The notes under the pieces are model-generated. The model was not told where the DNA came from and did no database searches. It was given only the letters and a program-made list of their open reading frames with translations. This document shows, piece by piece, positions 62,106-63,882 of a stretch of 63,882 bases of DNA. The DNA comes from Okamejei kenojei (taxonomy: Eukaryota). The DNA is taken from NCBI GenBank assembly GCA_035221665.1, contig JAVHYY010000154.1:310119-374000 (forward strand). Reading direction: 5' to 3'. Each line of letters opens with the position of its first letter. The stretch's first letter is position 1. The position numbers were made by a program, and so were the translations under genes.

Positions 62106-62709
62106 TTTCCTGAAGAAATGGCGAGTTGCAATCTCTAACAGAGCCATTGCTGTCCTTATATATAGTCCAGATAGCAATCTCGAGAGCAATAACATCATAA
62201 TAATCGTTAGTTACAGCTACTTGAACAAATAAATTAAGGCAGTCATCTGCACACGTTTGTTACCTAATTAGAGGTGAAGACATACAGGTTTTTGATGGAA
62301 TATTGCCCGTATTTGGATGAAAAAGAACAATTAACTGACAGTAGGTAGCTGCTAATATTTTCAAGGAGCGAAGATAGAGTGAGATAAAATGCAAAATATG
62401 TGAGATGAATTAGAAAACGAGAGTATGAACACAATATTGACCGAAAGACCTAACGCATCATTGCTTTTCAGGGAGGAGGAGATTTCACCTTGTAAAAGTT
62501 CACGTTCTCAAATTACAGGAGTGGAATTACGCCATTCGGACCATCGAGTCTATTCCGCCATTAAATCACGGCTGATCTCCGTCTCCTCATCCCATTGTCC
62601 TGCCTTCAGAGCGAGAGAATTTGAGTATAGCAGCAAACATGTTCCACTGCGGTTGGAAATGGCTCTGGTGAGCCCACACTTGGATTATTGTGTCTCGTTT
62701 TGTCTCCAA

Positions 62710-63882
62710 ATAACCATATGACCATATATCAATTACAGCACGGGAACAGGCCCTCTCGGCCCTTCCAGTCCGTGCCGACCATTTGTTTTCCCCTAGTCCC
62801 ATCTACCTGCACTCAGACCATACCCCTCCATTCCCTTCACGTCCATATACCTATCCACTTTACTCTTAAATGTTAAAATCGATCCTGCCTCCACCACTTC
62901 TGCTGGAAGCTCATTCCACACAGCCACCACCCTCTGAGTAAAGAAGTTCCCCCTCACGTTACCCCGAAACTTCTGTCCCTTAATTCTCATGTCATGCCCT
63001 CTTGTTTGAATCTTCCCTACCCTCAATGGGAAAAATGTATCCACGTTAACTCTGTCTATCCCATCATCATTTTAAAGACCTCAATCAAGTCCCCCCTTAA
63101 CCTTCTGCGCTCCAAATGAATAAAGACCTAACTTGTTCAACCTCTCTCTGTAACAGAGTTGCTGGAACCCTGGCAACATTCTGGTAAATCTCCTCTGTAC
63201 TCTCTCTATTTTGTTGACATCCTTCCTATAATTAGGCTACCAAAATTGTACACCGTACTCCAGAATTGGTCTTACCAATGCCTTGTACAATTTTAACATT
63301 ACTTCCCTACTCCTATATTCAATGCTCTGATTTATAAAGGCCAGCACACCAAAGGCTTTCTTTACCACCCTATCTACATGCGATTCCACCTTCAGGGAAC
63401 TATGCACAGTTATTCCTAGATCCCTCTGTTTCACAGCATTCCTCAATTCCCTACCATTTACCATGTACGTCCTATTTTGATTTGTCCTGCCAAGATGTAG
63501 CACTTCACACTTAACAGCATTAAACTCCATCTGCCATCTTTCAGCCCACTTTTCCAAATGGCCCAAATCTCTCTGTAGACTTTGAAAATCGACTTCATTA
63601 TCCACAACACCACCTATCTTAGTATCATCTGCAAACTTACTTATCCAATTTTCCACCCCATCATCCAGATCATTGATGTACATGACACACAACAGTGGAC
63701 CCAACACAGATCCCTGAGGCACCCTACTGGTCACCGGCTTCCAACCTGACAAACAGCCATCCACCATTACTCTCTGACATCTCCCATTCAGCCACTGTTG
63801 AATCCATCTTGCTACTCCGCCATTAACACCCAAAGATTGAACCTTCTTAACCTACCTTCCATGGGGAACCTTGTCAAAGGCC
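62710..63882 (-). mobile_element. CR1 LINE (family of 14551-19347), running off the window end
   Basis: ORFs 63237-63833 and 62793-63044 near-identical to 14656-15720; ATAACCAT-type tail. Confidence 0.95.

Overview
Repeat-rich vertebrate DNA, most likely a cartilaginous fish (skate or ray); this is inferred from the HE1-type V-SINEs, the CR1, Rex1 and Penelope repertoire, and the expanded GPR139-like family. The window is part of a T-cell receptor alpha/delta locus. It opens with a + strand TCR alpha/delta constant-region transmembrane exon (25-120) that lacks five residues, including the conserved Lys. Two V segments follow on the - strand (12900-13337, intact, 23-RSS; 23594-23891, intact V exon, 22-RSS, leader unresolved), so they are inverted and 3' of the C exon. 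Interleaved with them is a tandem array of four two-exon GPR139/GPR142-like class A GPCR genes, all on the - strand: three appear intact and one is a pseudogene with exon 1 deleted. Mobile elements include a full-length CR1 LINE with a seven-monomer 5' array, a structurally complete DIRS1 tyrosine-recombinase retrotransposon (ITRs plus ICR, with an empty site in a paralogous unit), Penelope fragments with hammerhead-like motifs, Rex1/Babar fragments, V-SINEs, a probable non-autonomous Helitron and a TIR element. There are two assembly gaps (39000-39194 and 49019-49156). No J or D segments were recognised.
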